A DNA stretch of 64,000 nucleotides from Lachnospiraceae bacterium (GCA_024403415.1 JAKSRY010000004.1:26536-90535), one strand, 5' to 3'. Shown: positions 1 to 9,214, numbered from the stretch's first letter. Translations and numbers: made by a program. The notes: generated by a model not told the origin, from the sequence alone.

Positions 1-477
1 AGAAGATTAATAGAAGAATTTAAGCTTAAGCAGGATGAAGTAGCAGAAAGAGTATCAAAGAGCAGAACCGCAGTTACTAATTCCATGAGACTTCTTAAAC
101 TGTGTGATGAAGTTCAGCAGATGATAATTGATGAATTGATTAGTACAGGACATGCAAGAGCACTTATCAGTGTAGAAAATCCGGAAAAGCAGTATGAACT
201 TGCACAAAAAATATTTGATGAAAAATTAAGTGTAAGAGAAGTTGAAAAGCTGGTTAAAAATATAGGGGTAAACAAAGAGAAGAAAGAAAAGAAGGTTGAT
301 AAGTCACTTCTTGCTATTTATTCCGGAATAGAGAATCAGTTAAAAGAAAAATTGAATACAAAAGTTACTATTTCTCCATCAAATAAGCAGGATGGTGCCG
401 GTAAGTTAGAAATAGAGTTTTATTCTAATGAAGAACTTGAAAAAATAATGGATATTGTCAATAAAGGAGTTAAGTAA
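1..477 (+). CDS. parB: ParB/Spo0J chromosome partitioning protein, C-terminal part (5' end lies upstream of the window)
   Basis: Frame 1 is open from base 1. Translation RRLIEEFKLKQDEVAERVSKSRTAVTNSMRLLKL is the ParB helix-turn-helix region, followed by GHARAL and a C-terminal dimerisation-type tail. The ORF track only starts at the internal Met at 85. Confidence 0.85.
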   Translation, partial: RRLIEEFKLKQDEVAERVSKSRTAVTNSMRLLKLCDEVQQMIIDELISTGHARALISVENPEKQYELAQKIFDEKLSVREVEKLVKNIGVNKEKKEKKVDKSLLAIYSGIENQLKEKLNTKVTISPSNKQDGAGKLEIEFYSNEELEKIMDIVNKGVK

Positions 478-530
478 CATTACTTAAAAATGTGAAAGAC
501 ATTATTTAAAAATATGAGAGGTATTTAGTA

Positions 531-1046
531 GTGGAAGATTTTAGTTTGTTTTCATACCCGGGAATTCTATTCATAATACTGTTTGTATTACTGGCAGCAG
601 TACTTGTAATATTAATTCTTAATATGCTTAAGATAAATTCACTTAAGAATAAATATGATGTATTTATGAAAGGACGTTCTGCAAAAAGTCTGGAAGAAGA
701 TATTTTTGAGATGTTTGACCAGAATAATAAAATGCGTGCAGACATTAATGATAATTCAAGAGATATAAGAAGTATTTACAAGCAGTTATCTACAGCGACT
801 CAGAAGGTAGCGCTTCAAAAATACGATGCATATGACCAGATGGGTGGAAAACTTAGTTATTGTCTTGCTATGCTTGATGAATATGATAACGGATTTATTA
901 TTAATAATGTGCATAGTACAGGAAATACATATTCATATATAAAAAAGATAGTTGATGGACAGTGTGATCTTGACTTAAGCGAAGAAGAAGCAGATACATT
1001 GAATAGAGCTATGTTCGGAGAAAAGAATGAAGCAGATCAAAACTGA
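531..1046 (+). CDS. DUF4446-like membrane-anchored protein (usual neighbour downstream of parB in Firmicutes)
   Basis: 171-aa ORF with GTG start. N-terminal TM helix GILFIILFVLLAAVLVILIL, then a soluble domain with YDAYDQMGGKLSYCLAMLD. Family assignment is from memory of the family and from its position after parB. Confidence 0.65.
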   Translation: MEDFSLFSYPGILFIILFVLLAAVLVILILNMLKINSLKNKYDVFMKGRSAKSLEEDIFEMFDQNNKMRADINDNSRDIRSIYKQLSTATQKVALQKYDAYDQMGGKLSYCLAMLDEYDNGFIINNVHSTGNTYSYIKKIVDGQCDLDLSEEEADTLNRAMFGEKNEADQN

Positions 1047-2082
1047 AGATCTTAAAGGTGGAGAAATTCTTGGAAAACCGATTATTACTTCGGAATTTTC
1101 TGTATTATTGCCTGAAGAAACCGTATTAAGAAAAGAATATATAGATAAAATAAAAGAACTTGGTATTTCTGTAGTTTATATCAAAGAAAGTAATAATCTT
1201 CCGGTGGAAGAAATCGTGTTCTTAAGAAATGAAGTTGAAGAAGTTTTTAAGAATAAGGTTAAAAATATTCTTGAGAGGCACACTTATTACAACAATACGG
1301 AATTATCCCAGTTGAGTGATACTGCGGAAGAAATAATAACCAGTATTCTTGAAGAAGATGAGGTTATAGATAAAATCTATGACATTAAAGACAGAAGTGC
1401 AGATATTTATGAACATTCTATTAATCTTTGTTCGTTAGCTACACTGACAGCCTTAAAGCTTAAAATGTCGAGAGAGGTAGTTCATGATATTGGAGTTGGT
1501 TGTCTTCTTCACGATTTAGGATTAAGATATTTGACAATCAATTATGAAAATCAGGATATTGAATCTTTATCCAAGGTTGAGATAAACGAGTATAAAAAGC
1601 ATCCGGTATATGGCTATTCTGCTGTTAGGGAAGAAGGGTGGCTCAGTAACCTGGCAAAGAATATGATATTATATCATCATGAAAGGCTTGATGGTTCAGG
1701 ATATCCTCTTCGAGCCAAGGAAATACCGTTTGATGTAGCAATTATAACGGTGTGTGATGTTTTTGATGAAATGATATGTGGAATAGGTTGCCCAAAGGTT
1801 AAAGTATATGAAGCTGTCGAATATCTTAAAATATACAGTGGAGTAAAATTTTATCCGAAGATAGTTGATGCTTTTCTTGAATTTACAGCAGTATATCCTG
1901 TGGGAAGCAGAGTATTACTGTCAGATGGATCCATGGGGCAGGTTAAAAAGCAGAATTCAGATTTTTCGGACCGACCGGTAATATTATTAACACATGATAC
2001 TAAAGGAAAGCTTTTACCAAGAGGTAAGGAAATAGATTTAACGAAACAAAACAATATTTTTATAGAAAAGGAGCTTGTGTAA
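1027..2082 (+). CDS. HD-GYP domain protein (putative c-di-GMP phosphodiesterase) with uncharacterised N- and C-terminal domains
   Basis: HD motif GCLLHDLGL and intact HHERLDGSGYP signature. GGAG lies 6 nt upstream of the ATG. Overlaps the upstream ORF by 20 nt and ends 1 nt before the serS ATG. Confidence 0.85.
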   Translation: MKQIKTEDLKGGEILGKPIITSEFSVLLPEETVLRKEYIDKIKELGISVVYIKESNNLPVEEIVFLRNEVEEVFKNKVKNILERHTYYNNTELSQLSDTAEEIITSILEEDEVIDKIYDIKDRSADIYEHSINLCSLATLTALKLKMSREVVHDIGVGCLLHDLGLRYLTINYENQDIESLSKVEINEYKKHPVYGYSAVREEGWLSNLAKNMILYHHERLDGSGYPLRAKEIPFDVAIITVCDVFDEMICGIGCPKVKVYEAVEYLKIYSGVKFYPKIVDAFLEFTAVYPVGSRVLLSDGSMGQVKKQNSDFSDRPVILLTHDTKGKLLPRGKEIDLTKQNNIFIEKELV

Positions 2083-2083
2083 A

Positions 2084-3373
2084 ATGATTGATATTAAGTT
2101 TTTGAGAGAAAATCCGGAAGTAGTAAAGGAGAATATAAAAAAGAAGTTTCAGGATGATAAACTTCCTTTAGTAGATGAAGTTATCGAACTCGATGCTGCA
2201 TCACGTGTCGCTAAGCAGGAAGCTGACGATCTTCGTATGAAAAAGAACCAGATTTCAAAGGAAATCGGTGCTTTGATGGCTCAGGGTAAGAAAGAAGAAG
2301 CTGCTGCCAAAAAAGAAGAAGTTGCTGCTAATTCAAAGAGACTTGCTGAACTTGAAGTAGAAGAGAAGGAACTTGCAGAAAAAGTTACCAAGATAATGAT
2401 GACTATTCCAAATATTATCGATCCTTCTGTTCCTATCGGTAAGGATGATAGTGAAAATGTGGAAGTTCAAAGATATGGTGAGCCTGTTGTTCCTGATTTT
2501 GAGATTCCTTATCATACAGATATTATGGAAAGATTCGATGGTATAGACATTGATGCAGCAGGTCGTGTTGCCGGAAACGGATTTTATTACCTAATGGGTG
2601 ATATCGCAAGATTACATTCATCAGTTATTTCTTATGCAAGAGATTTCATGATTGACAGAGGATTCACATACTGTATACCTCCTTTCATGATTCGTTCAAA
2701 TGTTGTTACCGGAGTAATGAGCTTTGCAGAAATGGATGCCATGATGTACAAGATCGAAGGAGAAGATCTTTATCTTATCGGAACTTCAGAGCATTCAATG
2801 ATTGGTAAGTTTATTGATCAGATTATTCCTGAAGCACAGCTTCCAAAGACATTAACAAGCTATTCACCTTGTTTCCGTAAAGAAAAAGGTGCTCACGGTA
2901 TTGAGGAAAGAGGTGTATATAGAATTCACCAGTTCGAAAAGCAGGAAATGATTGTTGTATGTAAGCCTGAAGAGTCACCAATGTGGTTTGACAAATTATG
3001 GCAGAACACAGTTGATCTTTTCAGATCAATGGATATTCCTGTAAGAACTCTTGAATGTTGTTCAGGTGATCTTGCAGACTTAAAGGTTAAGTCAATTGAC
3101 GTTGAAGCATGGAGTCCTCGTCAGAAGAAGTATTTCGAAGTAGGAAGCTGTTCTAATCTTGGTGATGCACAGGCAAGAAGATTAAAGATTCGTGTAAATG
3201 CAGAAGATAACTCAAAGTATTATGCTCATACATTGAACAATACAGTTGTTGCTCCTCCCAGAATGCTTATTGCTTTCCTTGAGAATAACCTTCAGGAAGA
3301 TGGAAGCGTTAAAATTCCTGAGGTTCTTCGTCCATATATGGGTGGTAAGGAAAAGCTTGTTCCTGTTAAGTAA
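2084..3373 (+). CDS. serS: Seryl-tRNA synthetase
   Basis: MIDIKFLRENPE N-terminus, long coiled-coil arm, class II motifs SYSPCFRKEKGAHG and GSCSNLGDAQARRL. ATG at 2084 preferred over the track's TTG at 2075. Confidence 0.95.
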   Translation: MIDIKFLRENPEVVKENIKKKFQDDKLPLVDEVIELDAASRVAKQEADDLRMKKNQISKEIGALMAQGKKEEAAAKKEEVAANSKRLAELEVEEKELAEKVTKIMMTIPNIIDPSVPIGKDDSENVEVQRYGEPVVPDFEIPYHTDIMERFDGIDIDAAGRVAGNGFYYLMGDIARLHSSVISYARDFMIDRGFTYCIPPFMIRSNVVTGVMSFAEMDAMMYKIEGEDLYLIGTSEHSMIGKFIDQIIPEAQLPKTLTSYSPCFRKEKGAHGIEERGVYRIHQFEKQEMIVVCKPEESPMWFDKLWQNTVDLFRSMDIPVRTLECCSGDLADLKVKSIDVEAWSPRQKKYFEVGSCSNLGDAQARRLKIRVNAEDNSKYYAHTLNNTVVAPPRMLIAFLENNLQEDGSVKIPEVLRPYMGGKEKLVPVK

Positions 3374-3382
3374 GGTGTTATT

Positions 3383-4258
3383 ATGCATAAATATATGCGT
3401 TCGATCGGCTTTAGTAAACTGAATAGAAAAGAAATACAGAGGCTGGTTACTGACGTAGTTGTGAATGCACCGACGAGAGCTTATACAAGCCTCGATGATG
3501 ATAATATTATTGCTTCGTTTTCAAAGGAAGTTGCTCCGGGTATCGGATTAACTGTTGTGGGTGAATTTGATGAGGAAGATAATTTTTCGTACGATTATTA
3601 TTTTCCTTACATAGAACCCACAGATATAAGTACTGAAGAAGACGTTTCAGTAGAGCGACATGCTGCTACAGAAAGCTATTCCGGGGTCTTTGAAGATGTA
3701 AGAATGGGTGTTTCCGTTATTTTTTATCTTCAAAACATGATTCCTTATATTAAAGCATTGCGTTCCGATATTTTACCGATGCAGGGAACAACTTTATCTT
3801 TGTCAGCGCTATCATTAGATGGTATAATACTAATGCCGCTTAAAAAAACGGCAAAAGACATGGTCAATAATATTAAAACATCAAGAAGCCGTGCTAAGCT
3901 TATTATGGCGGCAAGGTCAGGTGATGAAGAGGCAATAGAGAACCTTACGCTTAAGGATATGGATACATATACTTCAATAGCTGAAAAGATTCATCACGAA
4001 GATGTTTTTTCACTTGTGGATACATATTTTATGCCATATGGTATTGAATGTGAATTGTATTCAATTATGGGTGAAATATTAAGTTATGAGCTTGTTACTA
4101 ATTCATTAACAGGAGAAGAAATGTATAGAATGTCGATTGTTTGTAATGATATTCAAATGCAGCTTCTTGTTAATAAAGCCGATGTATACGGAGAGCCCGG
4201 TGTTGGCAGGAGGTACAAAGGCACAATATGGTTACAGGGAAAGATAAATTTCCCGTAA
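3383..4258 (+). CDS. Conserved hypothetical protein (possibly DUF3881-like)
   Basis: 291-aa uninterrupted ORF, AAGGTG 6 nt upstream of the ATG, no TM or signal peptide. No catalytic motif recognised. The DUF assignment is from memory only. Confidence 0.5.
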   Translation: MHKYMRSIGFSKLNRKEIQRLVTDVVVNAPTRAYTSLDDDNIIASFSKEVAPGIGLTVVGEFDEEDNFSYDYYFPYIEPTDISTEEDVSVERHAATESYSGVFEDVRMGVSVIFYLQNMIPYIKALRSDILPMQGTTLSLSALSLDGIILMPLKKTAKDMVNNIKTSRSRAKLIMAARSGDEEAIENLTLKDMDTYTSIAEKIHHEDVFSLVDTYFMPYGIECELYSIMGEILSYELVTNSLTGEEMYRMSIVCNDIQMQLLVNKADVYGEPGVGRRYKGTIWLQGKINFP

Positions 4259-4263
4259 ACTAA

Positions 4264-4335
4264 GTCTTCTTAGTTAAATGGATATAACGGGTCCCTCCTA
4301 AGGATCAGTTGGGGGTTCGATTCCCTCAGGAGACG
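4264..4335 (+). tRNA. tRNA-Arg (anticodon CCU, reads AGG), CCA not encoded
   Basis: Hand-folded cloverleaf. Acceptor GTCTTCT/AGGAGAC (one G-T). D stem GTTA/TAAC with a GG-containing loop. Anticodon stem GGTCC/GGATC, loop CTCCTAA. 4-nt variable loop. T arm GGGGG-TTCGATT-CCCTC. Discriminator G. Confidence 0.85.
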
Positions 4336-4342
4336 TGTTTAG

Positions 4343-4369
4343 GCCGGCGCATATGCGTCGGCTTATTAT
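4343..4369 (+). terminator. Intrinsic terminator after tRNA-Arg
   Basis: GCCGGCGC-ATAT-GCGTCGGC hairpin (8 bp, one G-T) followed by TTATTAT. Confidence 0.6.
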
Positions 4370-4438
4370 AAATACAGCATATTTTTGTACATTTAATAGT
4401 AACACTAACAAAACAAAATTGAATTGGAGAAAATCGGA

Positions 4439-5197
4439 ATGAAAAAATTCGTATCTTGGAATGTAAATGGTATTAGAGCTTGCAGAGAAAAGGGATTTGA
4501 AGATATATTTCCCAATCTTGATCCTGATATCTTATGTCTTCAGGAAACAAAGCTTCAGGAAGGACAGATAGAGCTTGAAACACCAGGTTATTACCAGTAT
4601 TGGAATTATGCTGAAAAGAAAGGCTATTCAGGAACAGCTATATTCACTAAAGAAGAGCCTCTTAATGTAACCTACGGAATAGGAATTGAAGAACACGATC
4701 ATGAAGGAAGAGTTATTACTCTGGAATTTCCTGAATATTTCTTCATTACTGTATATGTTCCCAATTCTCAGGATGAACTCAAGAGACTGGACTACAGAAT
4801 GAAATGGGAAGATGATTTTTTGGCTTATATCAAGAAGCTTGATGAGAAAAAGCCAGTTATATATTGTGGTGACTTAAATGTTGCACATCAGGAAATTGAT
4901 CTTAAAAATCCTAAAACTAACAGACATAATGCCGGTTTTACGGATGAGGAGAGAGAGAAGTTTTCGAATGTTCTTGCAAGTGGAATGATAGATACTTTCA
5001 GATACTTTTATCCTGAGCAGAAAGATATATATTCATGGTGGAGTTACAGATTTCATGCAAGAGAAAAGAATTCCGGATGGAGAATTGACTATTTCGTAGC
5101 ATCAGAAAGATTAAGCGATAAGCTTAAGGATGCAAAAATTCACACCGATATCTTTGGCTCAGATCATTGTCCGGTAGAATTGGATGTGGAATTATAG
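4439..5197 (+). CDS. xth: Exodeoxyribonuclease III (AP endonuclease)
   Basis: [30 protein letters not shown] and [10 protein letters not shown] motifs. GGAGA lies 8 nt upstream of the ATG at 4439 (track start 4424 is a TTG). Confidence 0.93.
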   Translation: MKKFVSWNVNGIRACREKGFEDIFPNLDPDILCLQETKLQEGQIELETPGYYQYWNYAEKKGYSGTAIFTKEEPLNVTYGIGIEEHDHEGRVITLEFPEYFFITVYVPNSQDELKRLDYRMKWEDDFLAYIKKLDEKKPVIYCGDLNVAHQEIDLKNPKTNRHNAGFTDEEREKFSNVLASGMIDTFRYFYPEQKDIYSWWSYRFHAREKNSGWRIDYFVASERLSDKLKDAKIHTDIFGSDHCPVELDVEL

Positions 5198-5283
5198 ATA
5201 TTTATGTGATTTAAGAAATGAAAGTTTAAGAAAAGCGCTTATGAGAGTGGAGAGCGCACATAAATAATTGCAACTAAAAATAA

Positions 5284-6372
5284 TTAAGGATTTGAATATT
5301 GTATATCATCTCCATAATTTTCATTTAGATATTCAGCAGCATTAAATGCATATTCAGAAACTATCTCAAAGGATGAATTCATATCGGATTCATCCTTTAT
5401 TTCATATTTACCTTCTTTAAGATAGTCACAAAGCACGTGGTTGATATTTTGACTAAAATGCAGAGAATCCATAAAGAGGTCTAAGTTATATACAATATCT
5501 AAATCCTGTTGGAAATTGAACACACGTATATTTTTTTCTTTAAGTAATTCAGATACAGCATATTTTTCGGCCTTAAGGTAACAGCCTGTTTCTCCGACAT
5601 TGTAAATACTGTCCCACCATACGATAGAATAAGGTGGAATAAATATATAGAACTGTGTTTCCGGATGCTTTTCGGCAGTTTCTTTTATAAGTGCTACGTT
5701 TTGTTTTGCCAAATCCATATAATAATCTTCATCCTTCACAGGTTCAGGGGTTGTGCTTCTGTAATAATGACTGAAAACAGCGTCCTTACTGAAGGTTTTA
5801 CTTGAATACCAGTTATAAGATTCTCCTTCATCATAATCACGCATGTATGAAGAAGCGATGGTATAAGGAATCTGCTTAAATAAGACATCCTTATTTAGAA
5901 GATATTCAATATCATTTACCGGATTCTTATCATAAAGATATAGCGGTGCACCGGTAAACTCAAATGTGTCTTCACATTCTCTTGTGACAGAAGTTGGATC
6001 AAGATTCATGAAAACATATTTCAATTCATGAGTGTCAAAAGCTCTGTTCAGGTAATAAATCAAATCATAAGTGGCTCCATATGAACGAATTGCTTTGATG
6101 CTCCTGCAGTCAAAATTATCATCAAACCATCTGTTATTGTAGTTTTCAGCAACAGAAGACCCAAGAATTACCGCATCATAATCAAAATGATCCAAAGATC
6201 CTGGAACCTGATATTCCTTTTCACTTAACACTGATTTTAAGAAAGGAAGCGGTTTATGATAATGATAAAAGGGGTCAAAAAATACAACCAGTCCAACAAC
6301 AAGAACTGCCAATATCAAAAATGTGACGAAAAATGTCTTTATGAAATTTTTTGAAGAAATCTCTTTTTTCAT
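5284..6372 (-). CDS. DltD-like / SGNH-fold membrane-anchored protein, probable partner of the adjacent MBOAT O-acyltransferase
   Basis: N-terminal signal-anchor FFVTFLILAVLVVGLVVFF. Block-I-like VILGSSVAENY and block-V-like DSLH (DxxH) near the C-terminus. Immediately downstream of an MBOAT gene on the same strand. Confidence 0.6.
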   Translation of the reverse strand: MKKEISSKNFIKTFFVTFLILAVLVVGLVVFFDPFYHYHKPLPFLKSVLSEKEYQVPGSLDHFDYDAVILGSSVAENYNNRWFDDNFDCRSIKAIRSYGATYDLIYYLNRAFDTHELKYVFMNLDPTSVTRECEDTFEFTGAPLYLYDKNPVNDIEYLLNKDVLFKQIPYTIASSYMRDYDEGESYNWYSSKTFSKDAVFSHYYRSTTPEPVKDEDYYMDLAKQNVALIKETAEKHPETQFYIFIPPYSIVWWDSIYNVGETGCYLKAEKYAVSELLKEKNIRVFNFQQDLDIVYNLDLFMDSLHFSQNINHVLCDYLKEGKYEIKDESDMNSSFEIVSEYAFNAAEYLNENYGDDIQYSNP

Positions 6373-6427
6373 ACTTTACGGTAATAAATATTATGATATG
6401 AGTGTAAAAAGTATATTCTAGTGTCAT

Positions 6428-6567
6428 TAGTCTGAGTAAACATATTTGTTTATAAGGCCTTTGACAGCCGTCGTTACTTAATGAACACGAAGTGTGAATT
6501 TAGTAACGCGACGAGCTGACATAGAGCGAAAGCGTGCCGATAAACAAATGATGTTGTACGAAGACCA
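6428..6567. repeat. Nested inverted repeats forming a roughly 140-nt GC-enriched structured element in the MBOAT/SGNH intergenic gap
   Basis: Outer arms 6428-6453 and 6540-6567, with a 10-bp perfect core ATTTGTTTAT/ATAAACAAAT, extended by GGC/GCC. Inner hairpin 6465-6518 (CAGC, CGTCG, TTACT arms; apical ACAC-GAA-GTGT). Small GC-GAAA-GC hairpin at 6526-6533. Confidence 0.6.
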
Positions 6568-6577
6568 ATTTCAATAA

Positions 6578-8122
6578 CTAAAAGTTAAAATATATAAACG
6601 TACTTATCTGCGAAAAACTGATCACACACCATATAAATAAAACAGCAAATCCAACTGCCTTTTTTGTAGTTAATGGTCTTTCAAGTACAATCTGTCTTGC
6701 ATTTTTAGCTTTAATAACCAAAGCACTTATTACTAAAACAAGGCACAGTAAAAATAGATACACATAATTACTATATTGCGGGGCCTTCATGGAAACTGCT
6801 TTATTTACAAGATAGAATTCTGAGGTATTAATTGATGAAGCCAGCTTATAAATATAGCCGGTATTCTTAAAAGCAAACAGATTCTTAAACATTGTTATGG
6901 ATGTTGAAATGCTGTCACTTCCAAAGAATAAGAGAGACAGACTCCAAAACATAAATGTATATAGCCATCCAACAAATCTCGGTAACTTAATCTTTGGAAC
7001 CTTTTGTTTTTTACTATCTGAAGAGTTCTGATTAGCATTGGCAGGAACAGAACCTATAAGATACAGATTGTCAAAGGCAACCATTAATCCATGTGCTGCA
7101 CCCCAGATGAAAAATGTCCAGTTAGCTCCATGCCATATTCCACTTAGGAAAAATACAAGAAAAACATTAAATGTAGTACGAAGCTTTCCTTTACGTGAGC
7201 CGCCTGCAGGAATATAGACATATCTGAAGAAAAACTTTGATAATGTGATGTGCCATCTTTGCCAAAATTCTTTAACAGTTGTTGCATGGTAAGGAGAGTT
7301 GAAGTTAACCGGAAGTTCTATGTTAAACATTCTTCCAAGTCCGATGGCCATATCGGAATATCCACTGAAATCAAAGTATAGCTGGAATGTAAAGCAAAGA
7401 GCAGTAACAAGTACGGATGGAGTATCCAGGAATCCCGCATTACTAAAACCATGATTTGCCGGCATGGCAAGAACATCTGCAAGAAGTACCTTTTTTGAAA
7501 GTCCTATTACGAAAAACATAAGGCCTTTTGAAAAATTGTCAGTATTGAAGGATTTTTTATTTTTATCCTCAAACTGAGGAATCATTTCCTCATAAAGAAC
7601 AATGGGACCTGCAACCAATTGTGGAAAGAAGGTAACGAAACAAAGGTAATTGGTGAAATTATAATGAGGAGCCTTTAATTTTGCCCTGTCTATAATAAAT
7701 GATAACTGCTGGAAAGTGAAAAAGCTGATTCCAAGAGGTAAGAGAATATTATGAAGTCGTAAACCTGCATTAAAAAAGTAATTTATATTATCGAGCAGGA
7801 AATCAAAATATTTGAAATAAAAGAGAAGACTAAGATTAGCCAGAACTCCTGTAAGCAAAAAGATTTTTTGCATGGATTCTGAGACAGAAGAACTGTTTTT
7901 CCTATAATAACGGTCGATGATATAACTTAATGAGTAATTAAAAATAACAGATCCAATAATGATAAAGAGGTAATAAAGGTTAAAATACGCATAAAACCAT
8001 AAGGACATACCTGCAAGAAAAAGCTTGGCAATTGAATATTTCTTAAAATGATTAATCAGATAATAGCCAAGCAGGGTGACAGGCAGAAATATGAAAATAA
8101 AAATATATGAATTGAATAGCAT
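6578..8122 (-). CDS. MBOAT-family membrane O-acyltransferase (AlgI/DltB/PatA-like)
   Basis: 514-aa polytopic protein with DFSGYSDMAIGLGRMFN, FWQRWHITLS and the conserved-His block LSGIWHGANW typical of MBOAT. Confidence 0.88.
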   Translation of the reverse strand: MLFNSYIFIFIFLPVTLLGYYLINHFKKYSIAKLFLAGMSLWFYAYFNLYYLFIIIGSVIFNYSLSYIIDRYYRKNSSSVSESMQKIFLLTGVLANLSLLFYFKYFDFLLDNINYFFNAGLRLHNILLPLGISFFTFQQLSFIIDRAKLKAPHYNFTNYLCFVTFFPQLVAGPIVLYEEMIPQFEDKNKKSFNTDNFSKGLMFFVIGLSKKVLLADVLAMPANHGFSNAGFLDTPSVLVTALCFTFQLYFDFSGYSDMAIGLGRMFNIELPVNFNSPYHATTVKEFWQRWHITLSKFFFRYVYIPAGGSRKGKLRTTFNVFLVFFLSGIWHGANWTFFIWGAAHGLMVAFDNLYLIGSVPANANQNSSDSKKQKVPKIKLPRFVGWLYTFMFWSLSLLFFGSDSISTSITMFKNLFAFKNTGYIYKLASSINTSEFYLVNKAVSMKAPQYSNYVYLFLLCLVLVISALVIKAKNARQIVLERPLTTKKAVGFAVLFIWCVISFSQISTFIYFNF

Positions 8123-8146
8123 ATTATAAACAAACCTGTAGATTAT

Positions 8147-9214
8147 CTATTTTGCCTGAGAATTAATAACATCAATAATTGCTTTAATAGCATCGTTCTG
8201 AGAAGATTTCATCATGGCGTCAATGTATGTCTGACGAGTGAAATATAATTCAGTAATCTTCTCAATTATGGTATCTGCTGTACATTTATCGTCCTCTAAT
8301 ACCATGGAATAACCCTGGGATTCAAAGGAACGTGCATTAAGAATCTGGTCACCTCTTGATGCTTTAACAAGAGGAATCAGAAGATTTGGTTTCTTTAAGG
8401 CAAGCAGTTCACAGATAGAGTTTGCGCCGGCTCTTGAAACAACGATATCTGCCATTGCAAATAAATCACTTATTCCATCAGAAACATATTCAAACTGTTT
8501 GTAAGAAGGAGTATTGTTTAAGCTTTCATCCAGCTTGTCTTTACCACAGATATGAACAATTTGAAAATCATTCAGGAGTTTTGGAAGAGCTTCCCTTACT
8601 GCTTTATTAATTGATGCGGCACCGAGTGAACCGCCAATAACCATAATAACGGGTTTATTGGAATCAAAGCCGCAGAGCTTTCTGCCTTTATCCGGATCTC
8701 CCTGATGAATCTCCGGTCTTATGGGTGAACCTGTAAGAACAGCCTTTTTCTTTGGAAGATTATTTACTGTTTCAGGAAAATTACAGCAAACCTTTTTGAC
8801 AACAGGAAGTGCCAGTTTATTTGATAATCCCGGAGTCATATCCGATTCGTGAATAATAACAGGGATTCGTTTTAAAAATCCGGCATAGGCAACGGGAAGA
8901 CCTACGAAACCGCCTTTTGAAAAAATAACAGAAGGCTTGAATTTTTTAATAATTTTCTTGGTCTGGTGAATACCCTTGAAAACCTTAAAAGGGTCTGTGA
9001 GATTTTTTAAGGTTTTATATCTTCTCAGCATACCTGTTTTAATGCCATAGTATTCAAGACCTGTCTCAGGTACAAGCGTACTTTCAATATACTGATCGGA
9101 ACCAACATATATTATTTCATACCCTGCCTCTTTAAGAGCAGGTACAAGAGCAAGATTTGGTGTTACATGACCGGCAGAACCGCCACCGGTTAAAATAATA
9201 CGTTTTTCAGACAT
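8147..9214 (-). CDS. murG: Lipid II-forming UDP-GlcNAc transferase MurG (GT28, streptococcal/clostridial sequence type)
   Basis: ILTGGGSAGHVTPNLAL G-loop, GMLRRY, FSKGGFVGLPV, IIHESDMTPGLSNKLA, VIGGSLGA. The GGAG embedded in ATGGAGATTAATATG favours the second ATG (9214). Confidence 0.8.
   Translation of the reverse strand: MSEKRIILTGGGSAGHVTPNLALVPALKEAGYEIIYVGSDQYIESTLVPETGLEYYGIKTGMLRRYKTLKNLTDPFKVFKGIHQTKKIIKKFKPSVIFSKGGFVGLPVAYAGFLKRIPVIIHESDMTPGLSNKLALPVVKKVCCNFPETVNNLPKKKAVLTGSPIRPEIHQGDPDKGRKLCGFDSNKPVIMVIGGSLGAASINKAVREALPKLLNDFQIVHICGKDKLDESLNNTPSYKQFEYVSDGISDLFAMADIVVSRAGANSICELLALKKPNLLIPLVKASRGDQILNARSFESQGYSMVLEDDKCTADTIIEKITELYFTRQTYIDAMMKSSQNDAIKAIIDVINSQAK

Noticed and set aside
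6478-6522. 14-codon minus-strand mini-ORF (MSARRVTKFTLRVH) inside the structured intergenic element
   Set aside because: It has no SD and lies within the paired arms of the inner hairpin. It is more simply explained as a by-product of the RNA/DNA structure.
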